A DNA stretch of 64,000 nucleotides from Octopus sinensis (GCF_006345805.1 NC_043002.1:90520001-90584000), one strand, 5' to 3'; shown: positions 12,797 through 26,254, numbered from the stretch's first letter. The notes: generated from the letters alone by a model not told the origin. Numbers and translations: made by a program.

Positions 12797-13630
12797 GGGG
12801 TGAGCAGAAATCTGTTAATGAAAGACATTGTGTATCTTAACATCAACTATACTGGTCAGTTATAACCAGGTGTTAATTTAAAAAGAAAAATGTAACAAAT
12901 TAAATGCTTAATTGAATTATTCAAAAGTTAATTCTGCATTGGGCACAGAAGTACTTATTTCACTGTCACTGATTAAGTGAATAAACTTGTGTATGGATAA
13001 AGACAAAAGCAAAATAATAGCATTATCTTCTTTAATTCGATTTCCTTCAGCCAATTTACTGGAGAGATAATAAAGATTTTGATAATATAATGCAATAAAA
13101 TGCTGTTATAAAAAAACTATTACCAGTGAAAACTTCAGCCTTTTCCTTAGACTGTTTTTGATACAGTTTAATGATGAGAAAATCATTGTTAATTAAATCT
13201 ACTTTAATCCTTTAGATAAGCTGTTTAAGTTAGTATTATTGGAAGAGAGGTGTAGGTTATAAACCACATACTGATATATTTATTACTGATAAAGTTTGTT
13301 ATTTAAGGCATATGAAATTCTGCATGTATAAATATACTAAGAAACATTGAGCATATTTTTCTCAATTCTTCTTTCAAGGTAATGTTTGAAGTCATTGATA
13401 AGTATTGGATTTAGCAGTTGCAAGAACAACAACAATACTAGTAGTTTTAGTAGTAGCAATAGTAGTAGTGATAATATTCATAGTAATTGTAGTTTTAGTA
13501 GTGCTTATAGTAATATTAGTAGTGGCAGAAATGCTAGTAGTTATTTGATGTAAACAATAATTATTTCTTTATTTACAGTGAGAGCAGAAATGCACCACAC
13601 ACACACACACACATGCATGCATGCATACAC

Positions 13631-13674
<44 letters not shown>

Positions 13675-14019
13675 ACACACTAAAATGAACAGATAAGAAG
13701 TTATAAATTTTCTCTTTAATCGTAAATTATATATTTTTATCTCTACCTTTATGGTGGCATTTATGCTTGTTATTGTTTAGCTCTAGTCAACCTTCATCCA
13801 GGAGACCTATGGTGACAGACATCCCACCATGATCACCACCTTAAACAAGGACAAATTGGATTAAGTTCCTGCATGTATCAAACAGAGACATATCTCCCTT
13901 ATATTTCACCCTAGTTAATTATGTGTGATGTAATCTTAGATGTAAGATGGTCAAAACTGGACTGTGTTTGAAGAATGGTTTCCTGAACTGAAGCTCACCC
14001 AGGGTCAGACAACAATAAC

Positions 14020-14535
14020 TACTACTTTGTCACATAAAAAGCACCCAACACACTCTGTAAAGTGGTTGGTATTAAGAAGGACATCCAGCTGTAGAAACCA
14101 TACCAAACAGACAAATGCAGAGGCACATGGCCTAGTGGTTAGTGCAACGGACTCGCAGTCAAGGAATCATGGGTTCGAATCTCAGACCGGGCGATGTGTG
14201 TGTTTATGAGCGAAACACCTAAACTTCACACGGCTCCGGCAGAAAGTAATTGCAAACTTCTGCTGACTCTTTCACCACAACTTTCTCTCACTCTTTCCTC
14301 CTGCATCTTGCAGCTCACCTGCAACGAACCGGCGTCCCGTCCAGGTGGGGAACCTATACGCCACGGAAACTGGGAAACTGGGCATTATGAGCCATGGATG
14401 ACTCAAGAAGGAACAAAACAGACAAATGGAGCCTGGGAAGCTCTCCAACTGGCCAGATCCTGTCAAACTGTCCAACCGATGCCAGCATGGAAAATATATA
14501 TTAAATGATGATGATGATGATGATGATGATGATGG
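14020..14535 (+). mobile_element. Family B RTE 3' end containing a nested family D SINE
   Basis: The family B sequence is interrupted at 14118-14415 and resumes to a (GAT)n tail. Confidence 0.7.
14118..14415 (+). mobile_element. Family D SINE with 13-bp TSD
   Basis: TGGCCTAGTGGTTAG and GGTTCGAATCTC boxes. AAACAGACAAATG at 14105-14117 and 14416-14428. Confidence 0.9.
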
Positions 14536-14654
14536 TACTGGTGGTGGTGGTGACGATGCTGATGATGATAATGATATTTGTTAAGATAGCCTCAATGAAA
14601 TTCATGGTATCAGATGGAATGGAGTCATCTTCTGAAGTATTCTTTCACAACTTG

Positions 14655-14819
14655 GTGCAAGCATAGTTGTGTAGCTAAGAAGCTTGCTTTGTAACTCTGT
14701 GGTTTTGGGTTCAGTCCCAATGTGTGGTACTTTGAGAAAGTATCTTCTACTATGACCGTAGGCTGTCCAATGCCTTGTAAGTGAATTCAGCTGATGGAAA
14801 CTGTGTAGAAGCCCATCAA

Positions 14820-14859
<40 letters not shown>

Positions 14860-15040
14860 GTGTATGTATTTGTGTTCCCCACTACATACATTGCTTGACA
14901 ACTTACATCCCCATAACTTAACAGTTCAGCAAAGAGACTGATAGGATAAGTATGAAACTTTAAAAAAAGTACTGGGTTCGATTTGTCTGACTAACCCTTC
15001 ATGGCTGCTGTCCAATGACTGAAACAAGTAATAGATAAAA
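14655..15040 (+). mobile_element. Family A SINE
   Basis: Head, central (TA)n and tail all match family A. Confidence 0.75.
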
Positions 15041-15639
15041 GAAAATACAAAGCATTCCATAAGATATCATTCGTCTCACTTTTTACCATTTCTTCATGGA
15101 TTTTATTCTTGTAAAATACACGTTAAAGCAGTGACTGAAGGATGCAACACTCTAACAGGTTATAGGTACTTGTGTTTTTGTTTAACCTTAGGTATCTCTT
15201 GGAGTAGGCCTTTGATCAGAAGTATTTCAGCCATGAACATCCAGTTTATTTCTTCACCACAGTGTACCAAAGACTACATTATCGTATGTTTCCTCTTATT
15301 TTTTAAGAGAATGGTATTGATTTGAAGGGCATTAAGCTGTTATATCTAGCTAGTTTTAAGTGACCACTGTCCCAAGTGTCCCAAGGAATATATTTACATT
15401 GGCTTGTATTTTACCTTTGGTGATAAAGTCTATCAATATTTCTGTTTCTCTGAAAGATTTCAGTTTAGAAAACCTTTGGGATTTTATATCGATGGAACAG
15501 AATGTTTGTGTAGTAAGTAGTAGACTTCTATCAAAGTGTGTGTGTGTGTGGGGGGGGGGGGGTTGATACAGAGAACAATAATTGCAAGTGTAAAACAGGA
15601 AGAATTTGTATGTATGAAAAGAACAATTATATGGTAAGA

Positions 15640-15975
15640 AATTTGCTTCCTTACTACGTGGTTCCACGTTCAGTCCCATTGCATGGCATCTTGGGCAAGT
15701 ATCTTTTACTATAGCCCCAAGCCAACCAAAGCCTTGTGAGTGGATTTTGCAAATGGAAACTGAAAGAAGCCTTTATGTATGTCCACTACTATTGCTTGAC
15801 AATTGGTGTTGTTTTGTTTATGTTCCCATAACTTAGCAGTTCAGCAAAAGAGCCTGCTACAATAAATACCAGGCTTTAAAAATAAGCACTGGGGTTGATT
15901 TGTTTTGGTTTATCCTTCAAGGTGGTTTCACATCATGACTGCAATCGAATAACAGAAATACATAAAAGATAAAAG
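15640..15975 (+). mobile_element. Family A SINE (degenerate)
   Basis: GTTCAGTCCCATTGCATGGCATCTTGGGCAAG... through the tail. Confidence 0.7.
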
Positions 15976-16093
15976 ATATGTGTGTCTGTTACCATTCCAA
16001 GTTTACCAATTTCTAATTCCATCGGTGGTGCTATTAAGGTAGACATGGCCTGGGCCAATAATGGCCGAAACCTATCAAAGTATCAAAGTATAT

Positions 16094-16362
16094 CAGTGTT
16101 TCTCAAGCATTTTTTAAAACTAAAGATCCCTTTGGTTCCTATTTCACTTGGAGGAATCACCCCACAAGCCATTAGATGTTTTTAAAAAAATCAGGTTATA
16201 TTTTTAGAATTAAATATTATTAGGAATGGAATTGTATTAAAAAAATTGTTAAAATTCTTTTGTGTACTGTAGAAGTATAACCAATTTATTGCAGATAAAT
16301 TTTAATGACAAAATCTTACATGGACTCCCAAGGGCTATACAGATCCTGGTTAAGAACCACTG
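16094..16362. mobile_element. hAT-like MITE
   Basis: Ends CAGTGTTTCTCAA ... TTAAGAACCACTG. 8-bp flanks AAGTATAT / ATCTATAT match at 6 of 8 positions. Confidence 0.55.
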
Positions 16363-16367
16363 ATCTA

Positions 16368-16420
16368 TATACCATAAATCCTCGAGTATAATCTGCATTT
16401 TTTTCACAAAATTTAAAGGT
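16368..16420. mobile_element. Possible pogo/Tigger-like terminus (single end)
   Basis: TACCATAAATCCTCGAGTATAATCTGCA resembles TcMar-Tigger TIRs. No partner end found. Confidence 0.3.
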
Positions 16421-18137
16421 CAAAATCCCTAGTGTGTATTATATAAGAGGTTAAAAATGAAAACTATTTTCTAAGCAATGTCCAAGTCTATATTTGCCGT
16501 CCGGCAATGTTTATTCAGACGTATTTTGTGATATCAGGCGCGAAAATACCTAAAGCTAAGCCTGAAAGCAATGAAGTCATAAAAGAATCATCTATAACTT
16601 GCAGTAAGCAACATTTATTAAAATAAAAGTATTCAGAATACAGAATAACATGTAACAAAAACAATTTGCAAACATATTTACATTCCCATATAACAGTTAA
16701 GAACATCACCATTATTACCAGCTCACTGCCTTCAAACTCTTACTCTTTACTGTTAATAAGATGATGCTCTGAGTTTTCAAAAGTGTCTTTCCTATATATA
16801 TATTTGTGTGTGTGTACCACCACCACCACCACCACCACCACCACCAATACCACCACCACCACCATCACCACCATCATCATCATCATCAGTTTCCATGTCT
16901 GCATCGGTTATGTATACTATCAAAAGTCTGTTTTTTTTTTTCTCTATGAGTGTTCCTTAATTTTAAGCTTAACTAGAAATTGCCACAATAAAATGTTTCT
17001 GTCTATGTTATCTTGCACAGACCTCCTTATGCTTGGAAATATTTCAAGTGTGTCTCACCCCTAAACGTCTCTCAATAGAAGAATTTTGTTCATTATTATA
17101 CCAACACATTTGCAAAAATATGTCGCTTTTGCTGCTGATAAAGAAGAAAGAAAAAAAAGAACTTGCAAACAAGCATGTACAGACAGAAAACCCACACACA
17201 CATGTGCAAACATACATACACACAATGCTTAGATACAGAGAATGTTATTCATAACAATGACAAACATACAAATGATCACACATGCACAACCTCATACACA
17301 CCACATACATACAACCAGACAAATAAACAAACACACTTCTAATGAATGCATGTATTTAGCAAGTGAAAAAGAAAGTTTCATATTGTTTTTAGACACTGAA
17401 AAAATTTGAAAAATAAAATGTTTTTCATCTGTTTACATAAAAACATTTTTTTGAAGGCTCTTATGCAATTTCATGATTTATGAATACAATCGTTTTGCGT
17501 GGTTCTCTACACCTTTGTTCAGTCTCTCTCTTACACATGCAGTATACATACAAAGACACACATACACGTATCTGGATAAGACACAACTGTATAGGAATGG
17601 TAGTTTGAAATCAGAAATGCAGTGCAGCCTTTGTTTGGGTGAAAAATTAAGAATTTTGTTTCAAGGCAGTAATGGTTTGAACAAAAGAATGGAGTTGTTA
17701 GCACTTTGTATGCATGATGTGAAGTATCTTTTGTGTAAGTACCAGCCTCCTTGAATTTTGTACTGGTTCAGGGAGTAAAAACATTGATTTCAAAATGTTC
17801 TTTTGAACAGGCAAGAAAAAAATTTTTTTTAAATTATAAATCAAAAAAATCCCATGTATGCATGTGCGCACACACACACACACACACACAAACACGTGCG
17901 TGCATATGCACAGGTATATTGCATTTATGTTAATTCCACTTATAGTAGGTTTAATGAACCACAGGTAAAAATTATAAGAATTAAAAAAACAGATTTTATT
18001 GGTTATAATCGATTAAACTTTTTGTTTAAAGTAATAAATTTATACAGAGTTACCATGAATCTCATTCACCATGTGGGATGAGAAAGACAATAATAAAATG
18101 GACTCAAAAAAAAAGTTTTCTGATGAATGCCTTATTT

Positions 18138-18165
18138 CCCAGGCAATGCTGGGTAGCTTTCTAGT
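18138..18165 (+). mobile_element. Helitron 3' terminus
   Basis: CCCAG-GCAATG-CTGGG hairpin, 7 nt spacer, then CTAG followed by T. Confidence 0.65.
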
Positions 18166-18182
18166 TTATGTGCATGTGTGTA

Positions 18183-18217
<35 letters not shown>

Positions 18218-18899
18218 AAGAGAGAGAGATAAGATATATATATTTCTATATGTATATGTGTGTGTAAGTTTGAAATTGTGTCTGAATATATATGCATGGA
18301 TACATTTTTGTATATATATATATCCCTGATGAGTAAACATCACTCAGTTATAATGGCTGTCTTGGGAAAGGTGTGTGTGTGTGTCTGTACCTGTGTGTAT
18401 ATGTATGTGTATGTGTGTGTATATATATATATGTGTGTGTGTGTATGTATATATATATACAAGACTGGCACCATTGTTTACAATGAGTATCTTATTAACA
18501 TTACATAAAGAAACTGTTTGCCTTCTTCTACTCACCCTGTATCTCTCTACATATCTCTCTACAACTAAACTTTTATACTGATATATATTTTTATACACTC
18601 TTAAACTTTATGTGTGTGTAAAGCATTCTAGTATGGAAAAATGGATCTTAAGACAAATAAGTAATACACATACACAAATACTTACATACACATATAAGTG
18701 AATGTTTGTGTGTGAGCATATGCTTAGAAGAAAAAATGGTTGATTTTATAGAGAAAAGATCTTACTGTTGATGATTAAAAATTAGCAATCAGCCTCACTG
18801 ACCAGATTGCTGGAAATGGCTGTACAGTTTAAGTGTATTTAAACTTCTAAACTTGAACTGCGATATTATTCCCTAGAAGAAGCTGAAATAATGAATTAG

Positions 18900-19610
18900 C
18901 TTTGGCTGTGTGGTAAGAAATGTGGAGGCGCAATGGCCCAGTGGTTAGGGCAGCAGACTCGCAGTCGGAGGATCGCGGTTTCAATACTCAGACCGGGCGT
19001 TATGTGTGTTTATTGAGCGAAAATATCTAAAAGCTACACGAGGCTCCGGCAAGGGGTGGTGGTGACCCCTGTTGTACTCTTTTGCCCCAACTTTCTCTCA
19101 CTCTTTCTTCCTGTTTCTTGAGTAACACCACGATGAACTGGCGTCCCGTCCAGCTGGGGGGAATGCATATGCCACAGAAACCGAGAAACCAGGCCCATGA
19201 GCCTGGCTAGGCTTGAAAAGGGTGCAAAAGAGAAAAACAGAGTGTGGTAAGAAGCTTGCTTCCCAGTCACATGGTTCTGGGTTCACTCCTACTGTGTGAC
19301 ATCTTGGGCAAGTGTCTTCTATTATAGTCTCAGGCTGACCAAAGCCTTGTGAATGGATTTGGGTGACAGAAACTGAAAGAAGCCCATTGTGTGTGTTTGT
19401 GTCTCTGCTTTTTGTCTCCCACCACCACTTGGTGTGTTTATGTCCCCATAACTTGGCTGTCTGGCAAAAGTGACCACTTGAATAAGTACCAGGCTTAACA
19501 TAAAATAGGTACTGGGGTTGACTAAAACTTTTTTGGTGCAGTGCTCCAGCATGACCACAGTCTAATGACTAAAACAAGTATTAAACAGAAGATAAAAGAA
19601 ATAAATTAAG
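18900..19610 (+). mobile_element. Family A SINE containing a nested family D SINE
   Basis: The head GGCTGTGTGGTAAGAA is interrupted and resumes at 19242, then runs to the tail. Confidence 0.8.
18920..19241 (+). mobile_element. Family D SINE with 12-bp TSD
   Basis: TGGCCCAGTGGTTAG A box. GTGTGGTAAGAA at 18908-18919 and 19242-19253. Confidence 0.9.
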
Positions 19611-19626
19611 GGACTTCTCTCATACA

Positions 19627-19671
<45 letters not shown>

Positions 19672-19679
19672 TCTTCTTG

Positions 19680-19990
19680 ACTTGGCTTCACAAGTGAAGA
19701 TTTACAGGAGGTCTGTTGCAAGCTTACTGATGCTCCATGAGTCCAGTTCAAGTCAGACAGGCATGACTGCAGTGGCTGCAAGGGAAGGGAGGCTGATCAA
19801 GCTGGTTGTAGTGTCTTCGTTTTTGCCCCCTTTTTTCTCTAGTCTGCAAGGATGGCTCTGCGGGTACCTTGAAAGAAGGCTGTTGCCAGGTAGACATTGA
19901 AATACCAGGCTTCATGGCCAGAGACAAGAATAGACCACTGGTGATGATCAGAGTGGCAAGCACTTAAAGATTTCATCAGAAAGTCCACTA
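19680..19990 (-). mobile_element. RTE-type LINE 3' fragment
   Basis: Minus strand ...EKRGQKRR..PPFPCSHCSHACLT*TGLMEHQ*AC, the RTE C-terminal Cys/His motif. Confidence 0.65.
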
Positions 19991-20278
19991 AAAAGGCACA
20001 CACGAAAAGAAAAATTACAGTGGTTATATTCTTATATTGTTGAGCCCTTTTTTTTTTTATTCTAGTTCTCTTTTTATTATCAACACTGAACAGTTGAGGA
20101 CTGCATATTTATGTTCAGTACAAAGGTGGCTAAGCATTTCCTGCCAACATATCTGAAGACTAGTACAATGGACAGCTCAAAGCCAGTAATCAATTACATA
20201 CCATAACCAGAACTGTACTGTTTGGCAAGATATATATATCCTCACTCTTAGCGTCCACTGTCAATGCTGGCATGGGTT

Positions 20279-20340
<62 letters not shown>

Positions 20341-20540
20341 TATATATACATATATATACATATATACATATAGGGATTAATAAGGGATTAATTCAGGAAA
20401 AATACATCAGGCTAACAAATAAATCCTGTGATTGGCATTTTTACCCCAGGAACTCATGGTTCCATTACCAAGTTGAGATGGTTTGTCATTTTAGAGTGAT
20501 ACAGAAAACAGACAGAAATGCTGGGTTAAATACATTTGTT

Positions 20541-20587
<47 letters not shown>

Positions 20588-20615
20588 GTGTGTATGTGTG
20601 TGTGTGTATGTATAT

Positions 20616-20658
<43 letters not shown>

Positions 20659-21334
20659 AGAGAGAGAGAGTGGGGTAGATAACAGATAAAAAATATGAGA
20701 CAATTCATGAAACAGAAAGCTTAGATTATTTATAGTTGACAAACTACATCAGTGAATTGACGGTCCAGAGTTTTGTGTTGAATCCCACTTACACAAATGT
20801 GCACATGCATACAGAGAAACATACACATGCTTATATGTGTACACACACACACAATCACATGCATATACATTCAGACACATGCATGTACATTCATACACAC
20901 ATACATATTGTATTTTTATTGAATTACCCACTCTACTCTCTTTGGCAACTACAAACTTGATAACAATATCAAATGCATGAGTTAACTTGAAGTTTTCTCA
21001 TTCTGGGACCAGGTTCTGCTTGAAGGAACCTGAAACTGTACCAAGGGAGAAATGAAGAGAGAAAATTTGACAATTTTACAATTAATCAATAGTTATTTTG
21101 ATGTGTCAGTTAGTACAAAGTAACATAAGGAAAAAATAAATCACCTGTTATTTCACATTATTTTTGTATTATAGTGAATAAATGGCTATTTAGTAAGGAA
21201 GTCCACTCCATTACTAGGGAGAGGCTGGCTTAAGTTACATGTACAGCACTTTGGTCAACTGTCCCTCTTCTATAATAATAAATGCGAAAGCAAATGTCAG
21301 TGTGTCACACTTTTTCAACTTTACCCCTCTGACC

Positions 21335-21470
21335 TCCTCTCTCATTATTCAATGACACTTCTACTATTCCTCATACTTTATCCCTCTCGCACTATTCAAT
21401 GACACTTCTACTATTCCTCATACTTTACCCCCTTCTCACTATTCAATGATCTTCTACTATTCTACATTCT
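21335..21470. repeat. 47-bp tandem repeat, ~2.7 copies
   Basis: TATTCAATGACACTTCTACTATTCCTCATACTTTA starts at 21346 and 21393; a partial copy starts at 21440. Confidence 0.9.
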
Positions 21471-21709
21471 TGGTTTTTTCTTAATCCTAACATTTTGAAA
21501 AAACATTTCTCTGAATATTTATAACTATTTCCAAAAGTAATTTCCAAAATAAACATTTTGAAAAAATCTTTCTCTAAATATTATAACTGTATCAAGTAAT
21601 TTAACCATAACACATGCTTCATAACGTTCAGAACTGAAATACATATCAAACCCTCTCTCTCACAATATAACCTCTCATAACTCTCTACCATAAAATTGTT
21701 GGAAACTTA

Positions 21710-21952
21710 AAAGATACAGATAAGGAAATGATTTTATTCTCAAACACAGGGTAATGCTAATAATATATCATGAACAGCATAATCTATCCATATTTTTCTG
21801 CAAAATATGGATAGATTATCCTGTTCATGCTATATTATTAGCATTACCCTGTGTTTGAGAATAAAATCATTTCCTTATCTGTATCTTTCAATACATCTCA
21901 ACGCTTCTAAAGCAAACTTTGTTTCTTGACTTTCAACATAAGCTGAATTTAA
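21710..21952. mobile_element. Fold-back insertion (87-bp arms) with 13-bp TSD
   Basis: Arms 21710-21796 and 21802-21888 with 2 mismatches. TGTTGGAAACTTA at 21697-21709 and 21953-21965. Confidence 0.8.
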
Positions 21953-22935
21953 TGTTGGAAACTTAGTATTTTTCAGATATTAATGAAATTTGTCGGATCT
22001 ATTTTCATGTTGTCAGCCATCAGAGCTATGTATGAAAATAGATTCGACTAATTTTATTATTACCTTAAAATATACTAAAATATACTAAATTTCAAACATC
22101 GTTATGGTCAAATACGATTAGAGCAATTCCAAACCATAAAAATCGCACTTTAAAATAGTGTTTAGCGACAGTGGTGTAATTTTTCTTCAAACTACGAACA
22201 GGAATTTAGATACGTACCAGCTAATACAAATAATTATTTGTATGAAAAGTAAAGCCTTACGTACATCAAATTGTCTTAAAACTAAGTGGCAGCAGAAGAA
22301 TTATCATTGAACTTTTGAAAGTTTATTGTTGCCTATGGTTAGCTATATGTGGGTTGCTCAAGGCTAGGGAATGGAAACAAGCTATTTGTATTGACCCTGA
22401 ATGGGAAGACAAAAATGTTGTTTATCATACAGCTTTGCAATAAGTTCCAAGTCGACAAATTATATCATTGTTTTGAGGAAAATTGTTCATTGCTTGAAAA
22501 ATATTGTTCAAGTTTAATAAAATCTAATATGTACTCAATGCATGAAGTGTCATTGTTGGTCCAAGGCCCAATGAAGAGCCCTCTACAGGATCTAGGTTTA
22601 AAATAGGGTTGACCAACAGCTTGTGAGTAAAATTTGGCAGATGAGAACTGGTCAGAAGCCAATTGCTTATCTGTTTAAGTGTGTGTGTGTGTGTGTATGT
22701 TTTGTGTTAGCGTGTATGTGTGGATGTGTGTGTGTGTTGGAGGGAGTTGGTTGATGAAAGTCAGCATAGGTAGTATTAAGGTCCATTTTGGTTCTCTCCC
22801 CTTTACACATTTTGTGGTCAGTAAAATAAATATCAAGTAAAGGATATAGTGAAGCTATATACTTTACTGAAAACCTTTAAAGCCAGTACCTCAGTAGGTC
22901 TGCAGTCCAGTGATAGAAACCAGTAAAAGAAGAAT

Positions 22936-22971
<36 letters not shown>

Positions 22972-23099
22972 CACACACACACACACACACACATACACAC
23001 ACACACACACGCACAAACACACAGATGCACAAGCACACACACACATGCAGCCCCCCCCCCGCACGCACTATACTGTGTTATATGTCCCTTATGCAATAA

Positions 23100-23460
23100 C
23101 ATCTTATTCTTTAAGCCCTTTGCGCCCTATGGAGCACAAACCATTGACAACCTTTCTCTATTGTCCTCAATATTGGGCTGTTTTTACTGCTTCATTTCAG
23201 TTGAGTCTATGTTTTTTCCTTACTGATTTTCTGCACTTCATCACATGTTTCGCAGAAAGAAAGCCTTCCTTCCCCCAGGTCTTGTTGGTTTGGAATTGTC
23301 ATCAACTATTCTGTAACTTTGCTTTATCCTAGAAAGGACTGTTAGCCCTTCATGGATCCATTTTTCTCTCTGAAAAGAGGCAGGCCATATTCGCTTGGCC
23401 CCCATCCTTTGACACATCCGGAATGGGATACTTTACCCAGGGCTTCCGTTCTACTGACAT
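23100..23460 (-). mobile_element. RTE LINE 3' end
   Basis: Minus strand TAQY*GQ*RKVVNGLCSIGRKGLKE*, matching the RTE C-terminal AQNR..WR..V.GLCS pattern. Confidence 0.65.
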
Positions 23461-23491
23461 AGCTCTCTGAATATGTGTATGAGTTTGTATA

Positions 23492-23531
<40 letters not shown>

Positions 23532-23688
23532 GATATATCTATGAATATAATGGAAGAATTTTACCAAAAACAATGTTCAATATAGCAACAACAACAGAAA
23601 CATCTTATTTTTTGTTACTCTGTTTTCCTTTTTTTTAAGTTATAATTTTTTTCTACAATAACAACAAAAACAGCATTATTATTATTAC

Positions 23689-23749
<61 letters not shown>

Positions 23750-24083
23750 GAGTGAGAGAGCAGTTCATGCCATCAAAGTGACACTGGGGTAAAATATACG
23801 AAGCCCAATATACCCATCATGACTACCCGTCTGATAAGGGTACACCAGGCACATGCATCACAACCATATGTGCGCGACATGGTGATCTCATATCAAGATA
23901 AACAGCACATGACCTTGCAGGTGGGGCCCAGTTAGAATTTTCTTCAGGTTGAGTAGCCCATCCCGCTCAAACGGTCCCTGAATAAGGGTTGTTTAAGGAT
24001 GTTGAAAGAACCACCCATGTTTCCAGAGGTGAATTATTCAAACCCCAAAGAATCCCTCTCAACACATGGCTATGATGCTCCCC
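23750..24083 (-). mobile_element. 335-bp GC-richer insertion within an (ATT)n tract
   Basis: (TAT)n on both sides. Absent from the paralogous local duplicate at 24880-25185. Confidence 0.65.
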
Positions 24084-24132
<49 letters not shown>

Positions 24133-25031
24133 TGTTTATTTATCATATTTTCTTTTTATCTTCATCTTCTTATTCACTTTTCCTATGACAAAATATAACT
24201 GATTGAGGTATACAACCTGCCATTCCACAAAGACTGGAGCTTGTGACGGTATACCAAAACATGAGCAGTCACTGTTTTCAAATGCTAGGAAGAATAAAAT
24301 AATCTCACAGTGAAATGATGGATGCTGGTACTCTTCAAATGTTGTGAAGTAAGTTTAGTCTCTAAAGTGTCTGCCAGAGTTCTTGTATAACTTTGAATTT
24401 AAACAATTTTGAAACAGAATTATGCAGAGTTATGTTTTGAAACAACAGAAGCTCATCCTTTCTCCAGAAGACTGGATCAGAAATTAGGCTTATTTAAGGT
24501 TTTCAAATGGGTGTAATTTTCAAGCTTTTTACATAAACCACAACTTCATTTTAACTTACATGTCCTGTGATAAGAAATTCTTAAATTTGCATATTGTTAC
24601 CAAATTCCACTCACAAGACATCCATCATCCTTAGGTTAGACTAGAAGGTATTTACTTAAGGTGCCAAACAATGGGGTTGAAACAGAAGCAATGTGGTTGT
24701 GAAGTGAACTAATTAACCTTACAGTAAAACATACATACGCTCATCTACAAATATGTGTATTAACATATATTTATGAAGAAATTTGAATATGTATGTACGT
24801 GTGTATATGCATGTAATTCTGAATATATTTATAAGTTTGAGTATACGTGTGTGTGTGTGTATGTGTGTGTGTGTTTTGATTTATCTATGTATATGATTGA
24901 AGAATTTTACCAAAAACAATGTTCAATATAGCAGCCACAACAACATTGTATTTTTTTGTTATTCTCTTTTCAGTTTTTTTAATTTATGATGTTTTCCTAC
25001 CATAATAATAATAATAATGATAATAATAATA

Positions 25032-25066
<35 letters not shown>

Positions 25067-25339
25067 GTAATAATAATAGTAATAATAATAATAATAGCAA
25101 TTTGTTGTTGTTATTATTATTATTATTCATATTTTTTATCTCCATCTTGTTGTTCACTTTTCCTATGACAAAATATAACTGATTTTGTTCATTGAAGACA
25201 AAAAAAAGGGGAAAGAAATACAAAAAATGACATAAATCAATAAGTTATATGGATTATATAAACATTATCAGTGTGTTTTCTATTGTTCATAGGAAAACTT
25301 TATAGAATGAATATTTAATTTCTGTGGTTTTTTGTTCTA

Positions 25340-25442
<103 letters not shown>

Positions 25443-25447
25443 GTATA

Positions 25448-25493
<46 letters not shown>

Positions 25494-26254
25494 CGCACAC
25501 AATCTCTAGTATTAAATTTATGCATGAATCCTAAGATCACAAACAAACTTTTGACCTTCGATAAAAAATTAATGGTTGATGTCAAATTCAGGTTAAAACC
25601 TTTATGAAAAATATTATCTACAAAAATTTTGAGTCTTATATACAAGTTACAAGTCTTTATTTGTCTGTGTTATCATATTGAACTATCTTTTATGTAGATA
25701 ATACCATCATCATCATCATCAGTATTATTATCATCATCCTTCACTTTGTCATGCTTGCATGGGTTATGCAGAATTTGTTGAGGTAAATTTTCTATGGTTG
25801 GATGCTCATCCTGTCATCAACCATCATCTGTTTCCAAGCAATGCAATATTTTTCTGTTGACAGACATGTTTTCCACAGAAGGCTGGAAATGAATGACATC
25901 ACCACTTCTATGACAGTGATGCTTGTTTAAAACCCATCACATGATGTCAAGACTTGGATACACACGAACGTACATTAGTGCTCACATGCACGCACGTATA
26001 TACACACACAACGAGTTTCTTTCAGTTTTTGTTAACAAAATACACTCACAAGGCTTTGGTCAGTACAGGGTTATAATTGAAGGCACATGCCCAAGGTGCC
26101 ATGCAATGGAACACCACGTGGTTGGCAAGCAAGCTTCTTAACTGCTCAGCTATTCCTGCATCAATAAGATATCAAGATATCAAATACATATGTATATCAC
26201 AAAGCAGTATCAGAAATATACTATGTAGCATCTCAAAAGTGGAATAAATTTGTA

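Larger units (their letters stand above)
21269..22443 (+). mobile_element. Helitron relic: 5' terminus, 47-bp repeats, helicase C-terminus
   Basis: 5' TCTATAATAATAAATGCGAAAG..TGTC resembles Helitron 5' ends. 22334-22443 reads YG*LYVGCSRLG..LFV..NGKTK(fs)NVVYHTALQ*, like HGQLYVACSRV...GKTKNIVY. Whether both pieces belong to one element is not shown. Confidence 0.6.

Noticed and set aside
18925-19000. tRNA-like sequences at SINE heads (also 14122, 41714)
   Set aside because: They lack an acceptor stem and run on into SINE bodies, so they are not tRNA genes.
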